64,000 nt of DNA, from NCBI GenBank assembly GCA_002422205.1, contig DITS01000009.1, positions 124,769 to 188,768 on the forward strand. The letters run 5' to 3'. The notes below the pieces were generated by a model. That model had not been told where the DNA came from and did not search any database. It saw only the letters and a list, made by a program, of their open reading frames with translations. Shown here one piece after another: positions 1-9,742 of the stretch (position 1 is the first letter of the stretch; each line of letters begins with the position of its first letter). A program made the position numbers and the translations under genes. Source of the stretch: Alphaproteobacteria bacterium UBA6178 (GTDB lineage: Bacteria > Pseudomonadota > Alphaproteobacteria > Rickettsiales > UBA3002).

Positions 1-2
1 AC

Positions 3-803
3 CGCGCTCAGCTGGGCTATGGCCCAACGGTGCAAGCCGCGCCTGCGGCGCCGGTGGCGATACAGCCATTGGAAGCGCCGAATGTGGTAACTGCCCCTGC
101 GCCTACGCCTTCGGCGGCGCGTACTCAGGCGGATATTGCCGAGTTGGAGCGTGAGTTGGCTGCGTCGAATGCACAACGTGCTGCGCTGATGCATGGTACG
201 GGCGTGACACAGGCAGCGCAATCGGCACAAGTGGCGCCATTGCAAGGGAATGAGCCTTACCCCTCGTTGCAGCCGGTTGATGCCACCCCGCAACCCGCGC
301 AGCCACAATTGATTGATCGCAGCAATGCGCCGGTGAGTTATAAGGCGGTGCGTTTGCCACCGCCACCTGCTGATTTGGGCCCCGTGCCGGTTGAACAAGC
401 GACGCCTTTGATGCAGTCGGCTCCGGCTGCTGCTCCGACGCCGGTGGCTGCGCCCGTGCCGCTCGCGTCCCCGGATATTTATTATGCGCCCGACCCACGC
501 CATTATGCACCGCAACCGGTGATGCCGCGTGAGGTGGAAGCGCCGGTGGCACCGCCCGCAGTTGCGCCGGTTGTCACACCTGCATCTGTACCTATGCCTC
601 CGGTGTTGAGCGAGCAAAGGGTTGAGCAACCCGCGCCTGTTTATTATGAGGCGCCACAGCCGGTGGACGTGCCGATGCCACCGCAGACAAGCTATAGCCC
701 CCCGATGCAACATAGCGCACCGATTCAGTTGACACCGCCGATGCAAGGTGGTTATTCGGGAGAAGGGTATCTGGGTGACTCACGCTATACGCGTCGCCGT
801 TAA
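3..803 (+). CDS. Pro/Ala-rich protein, C-terminal part (5' end outside window)
   Basis: The frame is open from the window edge; the listed start at 30 is GTG with no upstream stop. Translation is low-complexity and P/A/Q-rich. No family recognised. Confidence 0.4.
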   Translation, partial: RAQLGYGPTVQAAPAAPVAIQPLEAPNVVTAPAPTPSAARTQADIAELERELAASNAQRAALMHGTGVTQAAQSAQVAPLQGNEPYPSLQPVDATPQPAQPQLIDRSNAPVSYKAVRLPPPPADLGPVPVEQATPLMQSAPAAAPTPVAAPVPLASPDIYYAPDPRHYAPQPVMPREVEAPVAPPAVAPVVTPASVPMPPVLSEQRVEQPAPVYYEAPQPVDVPMPPQTSYSPPMQHSAPIQLTPPMQGGYSGEGYLGDSRYTRRR

Positions 804-867
804 TGGTGTTGCGGGCATGGGCTGCATGGATAGTATCGCGCTGTAATTCCTCGCTGTTGGTGTTGTT

Positions 868-2082
868 ATGAAAGATGATTTTTACCGTATTAAGCGCTTG
901 CCGCCCTATGTGTTTGCGGAGGTGAACGCTGTGAAAGCAGCGCACCGTGCGACGGGGCGCGACATTATTGATCTGGGCATGGGCAATCCTGACACGCCGC
1001 CTGCGCCGCATATTATCCAGAAGCTGAAGGAAACCGCCGCTGATCCGAAGGCGCATGGCTATTCGATGTCGCGCGGGATTGCGGGTTTGCGCCGTGCGCA
1101 ATGCGGCTATTACCAGCGCCGCTTTGGCGTGGAGCTGAACCCTGAAACGGAAATGATCGTGACGATCGGCTCGAAGGAAGGCCTGGCGAATCTGGCGCAG
1201 GCGATCACCTCGCCAGGCGATATGATTATGGTGCCCAATCCAAGCTATCCGATTCACCCGTATGGGGCGATCATTGCGGGGGCGTCGGTATGGAATCTGC
1301 CGAAAACATCCGGCGCGGATTTGATCGAGGAGCTGAAGACCGCGATCAAGCATTGCAACCCGAAGCCACTCGCGCTGATTTTGAATTATCCGTGCAACCC
1401 GACGGCGGAAGTGACCGATCTGGCCTTCTATGAGGAAGTGGTGGCGATCTGCCGTCAGCACGAGATTTATATTCTGTCCGATCTGGCTTATTGCGAGCTG
1501 TATTTTGACGACAATCCGCCGCCGTCGATTTTGCAGGTGAAGGGCGCGAAAGATCTGGCGATTGAATTTACGTCGATGAGCAAAACCTATTCGATGGCGG
1601 GCTGGCGCATTGGCTTTGCGGCGGGTTGCCCGACGCTGGTGAAGGCGCTGACCAAAATCAAATCCTACCTCGATTATGGTGCGTTCACGCCGATTCAGGT
1701 TGCGGCGACGGCTGCTATCAACGGGCCGCAGGATTGTGTGGCGGATTTGCGCAAAATGTATAAAGAGCGGCGCGATATTCTGGTCGAGGGTTTGCACAAG
1801 GCAGGGTGGATGGTGCCGGTGCCGACGGCGTCGATGTTTATCTGGGCGCCGTTGCCGGAGCAATATAAGGAGCTTGGCTCACTGGCATTTTCAAAACTGC
1901 TGCTCGATAAGGCCGAGGTGGCGGTGGCACCAGGCATTGGCTTTGGCCAATATGGCGACGGGCATGTGCGGATTGCGCTGGTGGAGAATAAGCACCGCCT
2001 GCGTCAGGCCGTGCGCAATATCAAACATTTCCTGTCGGAAGATGCGGAAGCGATCAAAGCGGAGTTGAAAAAAGCAGCATGA
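868..2082 (+). CDS. alaC: Class I/II PLP-dependent aminotransferase, AlaC (glutamate-pyruvate aminotransferase)-like
   Basis: Full-length resemblance to E. coli AlaC/YfdZ as I recall it (RLPPYVF..., DLGMGNPD, PNPSYPIH). PLP-lysine motif SMSKTYSMAGWRIGF. Sits upstream of hom as in many alphaproteobacteria. Confidence 0.85.
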   Translation: MKDDFYRIKRLPPYVFAEVNAVKAAHRATGRDIIDLGMGNPDTPPAPHIIQKLKETAADPKAHGYSMSRGIAGLRRAQCGYYQRRFGVELNPETEMIVTIGSKEGLANLAQAITSPGDMIMVPNPSYPIHPYGAIIAGASVWNLPKTSGADLIEELKTAIKHCNPKPLALILNYPCNPTAEVTDLAFYEEVVAICRQHEIYILSDLAYCELYFDDNPPPSILQVKGAKDLAIEFTSMSKTYSMAGWRIGFAAGCPTLVKALTKIKSYLDYGAFTPIQVAATAAINGPQDCVADLRKMYKERRDILVEGLHKAGWMVPVPTASMFIWAPLPEQYKELGSLAFSKLLLDKAEVAVAPGIGFGQYGDGHVRIALVENKHRLRQAVRNIKHFLSEDAEAIKAELKKAA

Positions 2083-3368
2083 GTACGCCACTGAAAATCG
2101 CGGTTGCAGGGCTGGGCACGGTGGGTGCCGGCACGCTGAAATTGCTGGCTGAGAATGCCGATATTCTGCGGATGCGCTGTGGTCGCGCTATTGACGTGGT
2201 GGCGGTGTCGGCGCGTGAGCGTGGCAAAGACCGTGGCGTGGATTTATCCGGCGTAAAGTGGGTCGATGATCCGCTGGCACTGCTGGATTGTGGCGCCGAT
2301 GTGATCGTGGAGCTGATGGGTGGCTCCGAAGGCGCGGCGCGCGCATTGGTCGAAGGGGCGCTGGCAAAAGGCACGCATGTGGTGAGCGCGAACAAGGCAC
2401 TGATTGCGCATCACGGACTGGCGCTGGCAAAGCTGGCGGAAGATAACCATGCCGTGCTGGCGTTTGAAGCGGCGGTGGCCGGAGGTATTCCGATTATTCA
2501 ATCCTTGCGCGACGGGCTGGGCGCAAACCGCTTTTCGCGTATTGCAGGCATTCTGAATGGCACCGGCAATTATATTCTGACCACGATGCAAAAGCAGGGG
2601 CGCGATTTTGATGATGTGCTGGCCGAAGCGCAGGCGCTGGGCTATGCCGAGGCCGATCCCTCCTTTGATGTGGATGGCATTGACGCGGCGCATAAGCTGG
2701 CGATTTTAACCTCGCTCGCCTATGGCGTTCCGGTGGATATTGCCAGCGTGCATATCGAGGGCATCCGCAGTATTTCGGCGGCGGATATTACCCATGCGCG
2801 TGAGCTGGGATACCGGATTAAATTGCTGGGCATTACCGAGATGACATCTGCGGGTGTGTTGCAGCGTGTGCATCCCTGTCTGGTGCGCGAAGCTGCGCCG
2901 ATTGCGGCGATTGATGGTGCGTTTAATGCGATTCATCTCGAAGGCAATGCGGTGGGGCGTGTGCTGCTCGAAGGCGCAGGCGCAGGTGCGGGGCCAACCG
3001 CGTCGTCGGTAGTCGCCGATATTTTGCAGATTGCGCGTGGCGCGCATTATTATCCGTTTACGGTGAAAAGCTCCGACATGAAGGCGGTCAAACATGCCGC
3101 CATTGCCGATATGACCAGTCGCTATTATTTACGCCTGAGCGTGAAGGATGAGCCGGGTGTGCTCGCACAAATCACGGCGATTTTTGCCAAGGCGGGCATT
3201 TCGGTGCAATCGCTGATTCAGCATGACCATACGCCGGATACGCCCGCGCGGATTGTGATGACCACGCATGATACGAAAGAATCGGCGATGCAGCAGGCCT
3301 TGCAACAGATTGCATCTTTGGCTACGGTGCTGGAAGCCCCGCAAATGATACGAATGGAGTCGTTATGA
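2079..3368 (+). CDS. hom: Homoserine dehydrogenase
   Basis: N-terminal NAD fold GLGTVG, central catalytic region (NGTGNYILT, AEADPSFDVDGIDAAHKL), C-terminal ACT-like domain. Start overlaps the alaC stop. Confidence 0.9.
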   Translation: MSTPLKIAVAGLGTVGAGTLKLLAENADILRMRCGRAIDVVAVSARERGKDRGVDLSGVKWVDDPLALLDCGADVIVELMGGSEGAARALVEGALAKGTHVVSANKALIAHHGLALAKLAEDNHAVLAFEAAVAGGIPIIQSLRDGLGANRFSRIAGILNGTGNYILTTMQKQGRDFDDVLAEAQALGYAEADPSFDVDGIDAAHKLAILTSLAYGVPVDIASVHIEGIRSISAADITHARELGYRIKLLGITEMTSAGVLQRVHPCLVREAAPIAAIDGAFNAIHLEGNAVGRVLLEGAGAGAGPTASSVVADILQIARGAHYYPFTVKSSDMKAVKHAAIADMTSRYYLRLSVKDEPGVLAQITAIFAKAGISVQSLIQHDHTPDTPARIVMTTHDTKESAMQQALQQIASLATVLEAPQMIRMESL

Positions 3369-4369
3369 GTGCCGCACCTGCTACCCACTATTCGGAAAGC
3401 CTGACGATGGATCGTAATTTTGCGCTCGAAGCTGTGCGCGTGACCGAGGCCGCCGCGCTGGCGTGTTCGAGCTGGATTGGTATGGGCCGTGAAAAAGACG
3501 CTGATCAGGCCGCGGTGAATGCGATGCGCGAGGCGCTGAACGGGCTGACGATTGACGGCACGGTGGTGATCGGCGAGGGAGAGCGCGACAAAGCACCGAT
3601 GCTCTATATCGGTGAAAAAGTCGGCACCGGCGAAGGCCCGGCGATTGATATTGCGCTGGACCCGCTGGAAGGCACGACGATTTGCGCCACCGGTGGCCCC
3701 AATTCGCTGGCGGTGATGGCGATGGCGGAGAAGGGCGGGTTTTTACACGCGCCCGATGTGTATATGGATAAAATCGCGGTGGGCGGCGGATTGCCCGAGG
3801 GCGTGATTGATCTGGATGCGTCGCCTGCTGAGAATTTGAAAAATCTGGCCAAGGCCAAAGGGTGCGACGTATCGGATTTGATGGTGGTAATTTTAGAGCG
3901 TGACCGCCACGCCGAGATGATCGCCAAAACGCGTGAGGCGGGTGCGCGGATTCAATTGATTGCCGATGGTGATGTGGCGGGGGTGATTGCCTGCTCGCGC
4001 AGCGGCACCGGCGTGGATATGTATATGGGCATTGGTGGCGCGCCGGAGGGTGTGTTGGCCGCAGCGGCATTGCGCTGTATTGGTGGGCAATTTCAAGGCC
4101 GTCTGTTGTTTAACAATGACGAGCAACGCGAGCGTGCGCGGCGCATGGGTGTGGTTGATCTGGATAAAAAATACGCACTGAATGAGTTGGCCAAAGGTGA
4201 TGTGATGTTTTCTGCTACGGGTGTGACCGATGGCTCGATGCTCAAAGGCGTCAAGCGCGGCGAGGGCTGGGCGACCACGCATTCGATCATCATGCGCAGC
4301 AAAACCGGCACGGTGCGACTGGTTGAAGCCGAGCATAATTTTACGCGCAAGAACTGGCTGGAAGGCTAG
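3365..4369 (+). CDS. glpX: Fructose-1,6-bisphosphatase class II (GlpX)
   Basis: Strong similarity to GlpX (RVTEAAALA..., VVIGEGERDKAPMLYIGEKVGTG). ATGA overlap with hom. An alternative start at 3407 (MDRNFALE) fits the GlpX N-terminus better. Confidence 0.9.
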   Translation: MSAAPATHYSESLTMDRNFALEAVRVTEAAALACSSWIGMGREKDADQAAVNAMREALNGLTIDGTVVIGEGERDKAPMLYIGEKVGTGEGPAIDIALDPLEGTTICATGGPNSLAVMAMAEKGGFLHAPDVYMDKIAVGGGLPEGVIDLDASPAENLKNLAKAKGCDVSDLMVVILERDRHAEMIAKTREAGARIQLIADGDVAGVIACSRSGTGVDMYMGIGGAPEGVLAAAALRCIGGQFQGRLLFNNDEQRERARRMGVVDLDKKYALNELAKGDVMFSATGVTDGSMLKGVKRGEGWATTHSIIMRSKTGTVRLVEAEHNFTRKNWLEG

Positions 4370-4965
4370 CGGAACAACAACTCGGTGCTATTTAGCTGAC
4401 GCCCTTGCTCAAAAGCCTGCTCGAAGCGTTGGGCGAAGAACGGGATGATGGGTGATTCATGCTGCTTCGCCTCTTCTATGATCTCATTAGACTCTATCAA
4501 GATAGCGCGGGCTTCATCCCGTGATTGAACCGTGGTATGATTAAACTCTTTATCAATCGCATCCATGGATTCCAATTTGGCACGCTCAGCGTTGGTTAGT
4601 TCCGCATCAAGCGGCGGGCCTGGCTGAGCTTGTGACTTTGGATGAGCGGGGAAAAGAGGGTTATTGTCCCTGAGCTCATGTGTCAGATATTTCAGCGCCT
4701 CACGCAGGCGATATAAACCGGGGGCGTAATCCTGCAGGAGCTTGACGTCTAAATCAGCTATTTCGATGAGCATATAAGCGGCCTGAATATTATCCGGTGT
4801 CCAGGCTATGGCTTTCGCCTGCTGCGTTGTGGCCGCATCGACGATTCGCTTGGGTTCCTGAAGCGGGCTGCTCCACGGAGATGGCCTATGGCGAGGTGGA
4901 GGCGACACTGGTTTTGGTTCCGGCGCGGACGGGGTCTTACTCCAAGGGCTTTCATTTTTGCTCAT
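4366..4965 (-). CDS. Hypothetical protein
   Basis: The ORF is 4366..5088; the internal Met (MSKNESPW) at 4965 avoids overlap with recJ. Plausible composition, no recognised domain. Its stop shares a CTAG with the glpX stop. Confidence 0.4.
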   Translation of the reverse strand: MSKNESPWSKTPSAPEPKPVSPPPRHRPSPWSSPLQEPKRIVDAATTQQAKAIAWTPDNIQAAYMLIEIADLDVKLLQDYAPGLYRLREALKYLTHELRDNNPLFPAHPKSQAQPGPPLDAELTNAERAKLESMDAIDKEFNHTTVQSRDEARAILIESNEIIEEAKQHESPIIPFFAQRFEQAFEQGRQLNSTELLFR

Positions 4966-4999
4966 GCTTGTTATTATGGCAGGTGAATATGACAGTTTT

Positions 5000-6796
5000 A
5001 TGATGAATTCATCCATTTCTTCTGATTTTACTTCCAACTTTCTGCTGGCATCGCCATCGGTGAATGGGGTGCGCTGGTTGCCGCGCATTGATTCGCCACA
5101 AGGCGAGCGGCAGGCGCTGGCGATGATGCAGCAACTGGGGCTGCCCGGTGCGTTGGCGCGCGTGCTGGCGGGGCGCGGTGTGGATGTGGAATCCGCCGAG
5201 CCATTTTTAAATCCGACCTTGAAAAACCTGCTGCCTGATCCGTCGCATCTGCGCGATATGGATGCGGCAGCGGCGCGGATTGCGCAAGCAATTGTGGCGG
5301 GGGAAACCGTGGCGGTGTTTGGGGATTATGATGTCGATGGGGCGACGTCTACTGCGCTGCTTAAGCGGTATTTTGCGGCGCTGGGGCGTGACATACTTGT
5401 GTATATTCCTGATCGTGCGAAGGAAGGATATGGCCCCAATATCGCGGCGTTTGAGCAGCTGAAAGCGCAAGGTGCGACGCTGATTTTGACCGTGGATTGC
5501 GGCACTGTTGCGCGTGAGCCGATTGCAGCGATTGTCGCGCAAGGCGTCGAGGTGATTGTGGTTGATCACCATATGGCGGAGCCGGAGTTGCCATCGGCAT
5601 TGGTGGTCAATCCCAACCGGCTGGATCAGGATAGTGAGTATGGGCATCTGGCAGCGGTGGGGATGGTGTTTTTGCTGCTGGTGGCGCTGAGCCGGACGTT
5701 ACGCACCATGCATTTTTTTGCCGATAAGCCGGAGCCGAATTTGTTGCAATGGCTGGATTTAGTTGCGCTGGGCACGGTGTGTGATGTGGTGCCGCTCAAA
5801 ACACTCAACCGTGCGTTTGTGGCGCAAGGATTGAAGGTGATGGCGCAGCGCGGCAATGCGGGTTTGCGGGCGCTGGCTGATGTGGCGCGGCTCGATGAAG
5901 CGCCCAATACGTATCATGCGGGATTCTTAATCGGCCCACGCATTAATGCGGGGGGGCGCGTGGGTGCGGCGAATCTGGGCACGCGGATTTTATCGAGCGA
6001 AGACGCCGCCGAATGCGAGCAGATCGCGCAGCAACTGGATGCGTATAATGCGGAGCGTCAGGCGATTGAGATGAGCGTGCTGGAAGCCGCGATGGCTCAG
6101 GCCGAGCGTCAGGCCAACATGCCTTGCAGCATTGTGGCAGGTGAGGGCTGGCATGAAGGTGTGATTGGGATTGTGGCGGGGCGGTTGAAAGAGGCGTTCA
6201 ACAAACCCGCAGCGGTGATTGCGGTAGCGAGTGGCAAAGGCAAAGGATCGGCGCGTTCGGTGAGTGGTGCTGATATGGGCGCGGCGATTACGGCGGCGCG
6301 CATCGATGGGCTGCTGAGTGCAGGCGGCGGCCATAGCATGGCGGCGGGGTTTAGTCTTGATATGGCGAATTATGACGCGTTTGTGGCGTATTTGAATGCG
6401 AGGCTGAGCGCCGCCGTGGATGCTTATGCGCATGAGCGGGCGTGGCTTTATGACGGGTTGCTCAGCGTGCGCGGGTTGACGCTGTCGTTGCTCGATCAGC
6501 TTGAACGTGCGGCACCGTTTGGCATGGGAAATCCGGCTCCGAAATGGGTGCTGAGTGATGTGCGGGTGAAGCAGTGCAGCCGGATGAAGGACAAGCATTT
6601 GCGCGTGATGTTGAGCGATAATACCGGCAATGGCTGGCTGAGTGCGGTGACGTTTAATAGCGTTGGCACACCGCTGGGTGATGTGCTGGAAAATGCAGGT
6701 AGCAAGGCGCTGCATGTGGCGGGTACGGCCAAACGCAACCGCTTTAATGGGACTGAGTCGGTGCAGTTCATGATCGAGGATGTGGCCTGGGTGTGA
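5000..6796 (+). CDS. recJ: Single-stranded-DNA-specific exonuclease RecJ
   Basis: DHH-family motifs (VFGDYDVDGATS, TVDCG, VVDHH) and DHHA1 region (GGGHSMAAG). Start chosen at the MMNSS Met pair, upstream of the conserved N-terminus. Confidence 0.9.
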   Translation: MMNSSISSDFTSNFLLASPSVNGVRWLPRIDSPQGERQALAMMQQLGLPGALARVLAGRGVDVESAEPFLNPTLKNLLPDPSHLRDMDAAAARIAQAIVAGETVAVFGDYDVDGATSTALLKRYFAALGRDILVYIPDRAKEGYGPNIAAFEQLKAQGATLILTVDCGTVAREPIAAIVAQGVEVIVVDHHMAEPELPSALVVNPNRLDQDSEYGHLAAVGMVFLLLVALSRTLRTMHFFADKPEPNLLQWLDLVALGTVCDVVPLKTLNRAFVAQGLKVMAQRGNAGLRALADVARLDEAPNTYHAGFLIGPRINAGGRVGAANLGTRILSSEDAAECEQIAQQLDAYNAERQAIEMSVLEAAMAQAERQANMPCSIVAGEGWHEGVIGIVAGRLKEAFNKPAAVIAVASGKGKGSARSVSGADMGAAITAARIDGLLSAGGGHSMAAGFSLDMANYDAFVAYLNARLSAAVDAYAHERAWLYDGLLSVRGLTLSLLDQLERAAPFGMGNPAPKWVLSDVRVKQCSRMKDKHLRVMLSDNTGNGWLSAVTFNSVGTPLGDVLENAGSKALHVAGTAKRNRFNGTESVQFMIEDVAWV

Positions 6797-7125
6797 TGAG
6801 GGAATGTGGTCTTTTCGCTGTCTGTCACTTTCATAAGCGCTGGGTTATCTGTTTGGGTTGAAACAATCAGCAGGTGACGAGCCGCTACTGCCACTTTGCG
6901 ACAGCAACACATGCGGTCGCATAGCATTTAGAGGGTTATGCAGATGAAGCATCCGCTCCATTGGGTCCGAGCTGCCCCAAGCCTGAACAAGGCGGCTTAA
7001 ATCCAGTATTTTCAATATGGCGACGGCCATCATTCATCAAGTTTTGCAGTGTTTAGCTGCATTATGCTATATTTTGATTGACTAACGGGCGCATAAATGG
7101 TGTATCTGCCCTCTTAATTTGCGCT

Positions 7126-7200
7126 GGCCCCTTCGTCTAAGGGTTAGGACACCACCCTTTCACGGTGGTAATACGGGTTCGAATCCCGTAGGGGTCACCA
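7126..7200 (+). tRNA. tRNA-Glu (anticodon UUC), CCA encoded
   Basis: Cloverleaf folded by hand. Acceptor GGCCCCT/AGGGGTC, anticodon loop CTTTCAC, T arm ACGGG-TTCGAAT-CCCGT, discriminator A plus CCA. Confidence 0.9.
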
Positions 7201-7427
7201 AGCACACGCTCCGATAGCGTCCAAACCAATCCAAAAAGCCTTGAAAATACAGTGAAAATGTGGCAAAGCTTGTCCGTTAGGCCACAGGAATGTCCAACCA
7301 CATCCGAGCGATTTGTTGGTATTTTTTGTTGGTATCTGGAAAACGGAGGTGAAAAATACCAACAATGAAGCTGACCAACATCCAATGCAAGAATGCCGTT
7401 TATGATCCTTCAGGCGCAGGCAACAAG
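7184..7427 (+). repeat. Long direct repeat, copy A (tRNA 3' end, integrase leader, first about 21 int codons)
   Basis: Aligns by eye with 23702-23945 with few substitutions. Confidence 0.85.
7327..7364 (+). promoter_or_regulatory. 9-bp-stem inverted repeat ending at the integrase start codon
   Basis: tgttggtat (7327-7335) pairs with ataccaaca (7356-7364). The 20-nt loop holds GGAGG. The homologous copy at 23844-23881 keeps the stem through compensatory changes (tgttggttc / gaaccaaca). Confidence 0.4.
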
Positions 7428-8600
7428 CTCTCTGACGGCGGCGGGCTGTATCTGCAAATCAGCGAGACGGGCAAATACTGGCGCTTGAATTACCGATTTC
7501 TGGGCAAACAGAAGACGCTGGCTATCGGTACTTATCCCCTTATCAGCCTTGCAGAGGCTCGCACCAAGCGCGACGAGGCTAAAAAGAAGCTTATTGCAGG
7601 GCAAGACCCATCCACCGAGAAGAAGCTGACCAAGCTGGCATTGCAGACCAATCACGATAACAGCTTCGAGGCGATTGCGCGGGAGTGGCATGGCCAGAAG
7701 CTGCACACATGGAAGCCTGATCATGCCGAGACCATCCTCAAGCGGCTGGAGACCAATGTGTTCAGCAAAATTGGCCGCCGCCCGATTGCCGATGTAACCG
7801 CGCCCGAATTGTTGGATGCGCTACGTGTGCTGGAGCGTGAGGGCAAGCGTGATCTGGCGCACCGACAATTGCAGCATTGCAATCAGATATTTCGCTATGC
7901 CATTGCTACGGGACGCGCAAAACAGAACATTGCGCCCCACCTGAAAGGGGCGCTGCAGCCAGCCAAGAGCAGGGGCATGGCGTATCTGCCCGAATCGGAA
8001 TTGCCGGAGTTTCTCTCCAAGCTGGAGCATTATGACAGTGAGTATAAGGGCAGCATTCTCACCAAGCTGGCATTCAAGCTGATGATCCTGACCTTTGTGC
8101 GCTCCGGTGAGATACGTGGCGCGAAATGGGAGGAAATTGATTGGAACAAGGCGCAATGGCGCATCCCTGCCGAGCGCATGAAAATGAAGGTGGTGCATAT
8201 TGTACCCTTGTCGCGCCAGAGCATAGCGATATTAAAGCAGCTGCGCGACATTACAGGCCGCAGTATCAGCGGCTATATCTTCCCCAGCCAGAAAGACCCG
8301 CGCAACATCATGAGCGAAAACACTTTCCTGCGTGCGATTGAAGTGATGGGATACAAGGGCAAAACCACTGGCCATGGTTTCCGCTCGACTGCTTCAACCA
8401 TCCTCAATGAAAGTGGCTTCAAGGGTGATGTCATCGAGAGCCAGCTTGCCCATGCGGAGCGCGACAGCGTGCGTGCGGCCTATAACCATGCCAAGTATCT
8501 GCCGGAGCGTGCAGATATGATGCAGTGGTGGGCGGATTATATTGAGAAGGCGACGAAGGGGAGTAAGATTGTACCCTTAAGGCGCTCTGTTAAAGGGTAG
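7365..8600 (+). CDS. int: Tyrosine-type site-specific integrase, P4-like (DUF4102 N-terminal domain)
   Basis: N-terminus typical of P4-family integrases (KLSDGGGLYLQISETGKYWRLNYRF, AEARTKRDEAKKLIAGQDP). Catalytic region has GHGFRSTAST and a C-terminal HAERDSVRAAYNH. Confidence 0.9.
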   Translation: MKLTNIQCKNAVYDPSGAGNKLSDGGGLYLQISETGKYWRLNYRFLGKQKTLAIGTYPLISLAEARTKRDEAKKKLIAGQDPSTEKKLTKLALQTNHDNSFEAIAREWHGQKLHTWKPDHAETILKRLETNVFSKIGRRPIADVTAPELLDALRVLEREGKRDLAHRQLQHCNQIFRYAIATGRAKQNIAPHLKGALQPAKSRGMAYLPESELPEFLSKLEHYDSEYKGSILTKLAFKLMILTFVRSGEIRGAKWEEIDWNKAQWRIPAERMKMKVVHIVPLSRQSIAILKQLRDITGRSISGYIFPSQKDPRNIMSENTFLRAIEVMGYKGKTTGHGFRSTASTILNESGFKGDVIESQLAHAERDSVRAAYNHAKYLPERADMMQWWADYIEKATKGSKIVPLRRSVKG

Positions 8601-8686
8601 TCTCTTTGGTTATGTTGAATTATCGTTCCAATGAACGGATTCTGCCATTAAAGTTAATCCAATCTATCAAATAGAAAGGGTGTGTA

Positions 8687-9367
8687 ATGGCGAAAAAGAC
8701 TCAGGTAGCAAATCAGAAAGCACGCGCAAAACCCGACCAATTAACTGATGAGTTAAAGCGACATGAAGAAAAGCTGTTCTTCTATTCAAAAGCAGCTAAT
8801 GCTGATTTTGAATGGTGGGCGAAATATCCACATTGGACTCCGGAGGAGTCAATTGCTCTCTCCTTTGGAAAGAATCCGGATACGGTTAACTGGAGTTTTG
8901 TACAATCCTTTACGGTCAATCACATCTCAAACGTTACACCTTTCTCACAATCGACCTTTGCAAGCGAGTATAAGAAACGTCGTGAATTAATATTGCGTTC
9001 GGTGGAGTCTGGTCAGCTGGGGGAGCGTATTACACCTGAAGATTTTTTATCTTGGACAAGGCGAGTTGATATTGCTTTACCACCAGAACTAGAGAGGCTG
9101 ATTACTGCGCATGGAATGCAAAACCCTGATGTCGGGGTTTCCAATTACCAGTCGCCTTATCTCCGCCTGATGGAACATGCTATTGAAGAGAATCAGATCA
9201 GTGTTGGCAATCAAGGAAAACAGGAGGCTCTTGCGGAATGGTTCCTTAAGAATGCACCGAGCGAATTAAAAATGTCAAAGCACAAGGCGAGCATGATGGC
9301 GACGTTTGTTCGGCTTCCTGAATCAGGTAAAGGTGGTAATAGAAAGATGCCTAAGAAGGGTTCATAG
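8687..9367 (+). CDS. Hypothetical protein (island cargo)
   Basis: 226-aa ORF with normal composition; no domain recognised. Confidence 0.5.
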   Translation: MAKKTQVANQKARAKPDQLTDELKRHEEKLFFYSKAANADFEWWAKYPHWTPEESIALSFGKNPDTVNWSFVQSFTVNHISNVTPFSQSTFASEYKKRRELILRSVESGQLGERITPEDFLSWTRRVDIALPPELERLITAHGMQNPDVGVSNYQSPYLRLMEHAIEENQISVGNQGKQEALAEWFLKNAPSELKMSKHKASMMATFVRLPESGKGGNRKMPKKGS

Positions 9368-9531
9368 GTTCATCTAATTCTCTTATAGAACAAAGCCATT
9401 AAAGCAGAAGAATAACTGGCCTTTCTAAAAGGCATGAACCCTTCAACCCATAACCCCTGAACCCTTTGGACGTATTATGTGGGAGTGTATCTTATAGGAT
9501 GACTCTGTAATTAATTGCACGGAGTTGTCCA

Positions 9532-9732
9532 ATGACTAAACCAATCAATCTTCCCGAAACCGGATTCTTACGCCTACCTGAAATCCTGAAACTCATCCCC
9601 GTCAGCAAGTCCACTTGGTGGGCTGGGGTGAAATCTGGGCGCTTTCCCGCTCCTGTGAAGCTCGGTGCACGAATCACTGCTTGGCGCGTGGAAGACATCC
9701 GTGCGCTCATCAGTGAATACGCGACTCAGTAG
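9532..9732 (+). CDS. alpA: AlpA-family transcriptional regulator / excisionase-like protein
   Basis: 66 aa; the pattern FLRLPEILKLIPVSKSTWWAGVKSGRFPAPVKLGARITAWRVEDI is typical of AlpA/CP4-57 regulators. Confidence 0.8.
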   Translation: MTKPINLPETGFLRLPEILKLIPVSKSTWWAGVKSGRFPAPVKLGARITAWRVEDIRALISEYATQ

Positions 9733-9742
9733 AGATTATCCG

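Noticed and set aside
592-1863. Long antisense ORFs opposite well-supported genes. Examples: 592..1863(-), 5990..6715(-), 35579..36265(-), 45628..46101(-), 46634..47239(-), 51747..52760(-), 53135..53770(-).
   Set aside because: They lie entirely inside strongly recognisable genes on the other strand. Their translations are Arg/His/Pro-rich and low in complexity, as is typical of antisense frames in GC-rich coding DNA. None has a recognisable motif.
7061-7125. A sigma70-type promoter for tRNA-Glu (TTGATT/TTGACT around 7074-7083).
   Set aside because: No convincing -10 hexamer at a 16-18-nt spacing could be paired with either -35 candidate.
7137-7385. Two apparently conserved minus-strand ORFs, 7137..7385 and 23669..24037, with shared peptide segments.
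   Set aside because: They are simply antisense read-outs of the duplicated tRNA-end/integrase-leader repeat, and one overlaps the tRNA itself. Their conservation is explained by the DNA repeat, not by coding.
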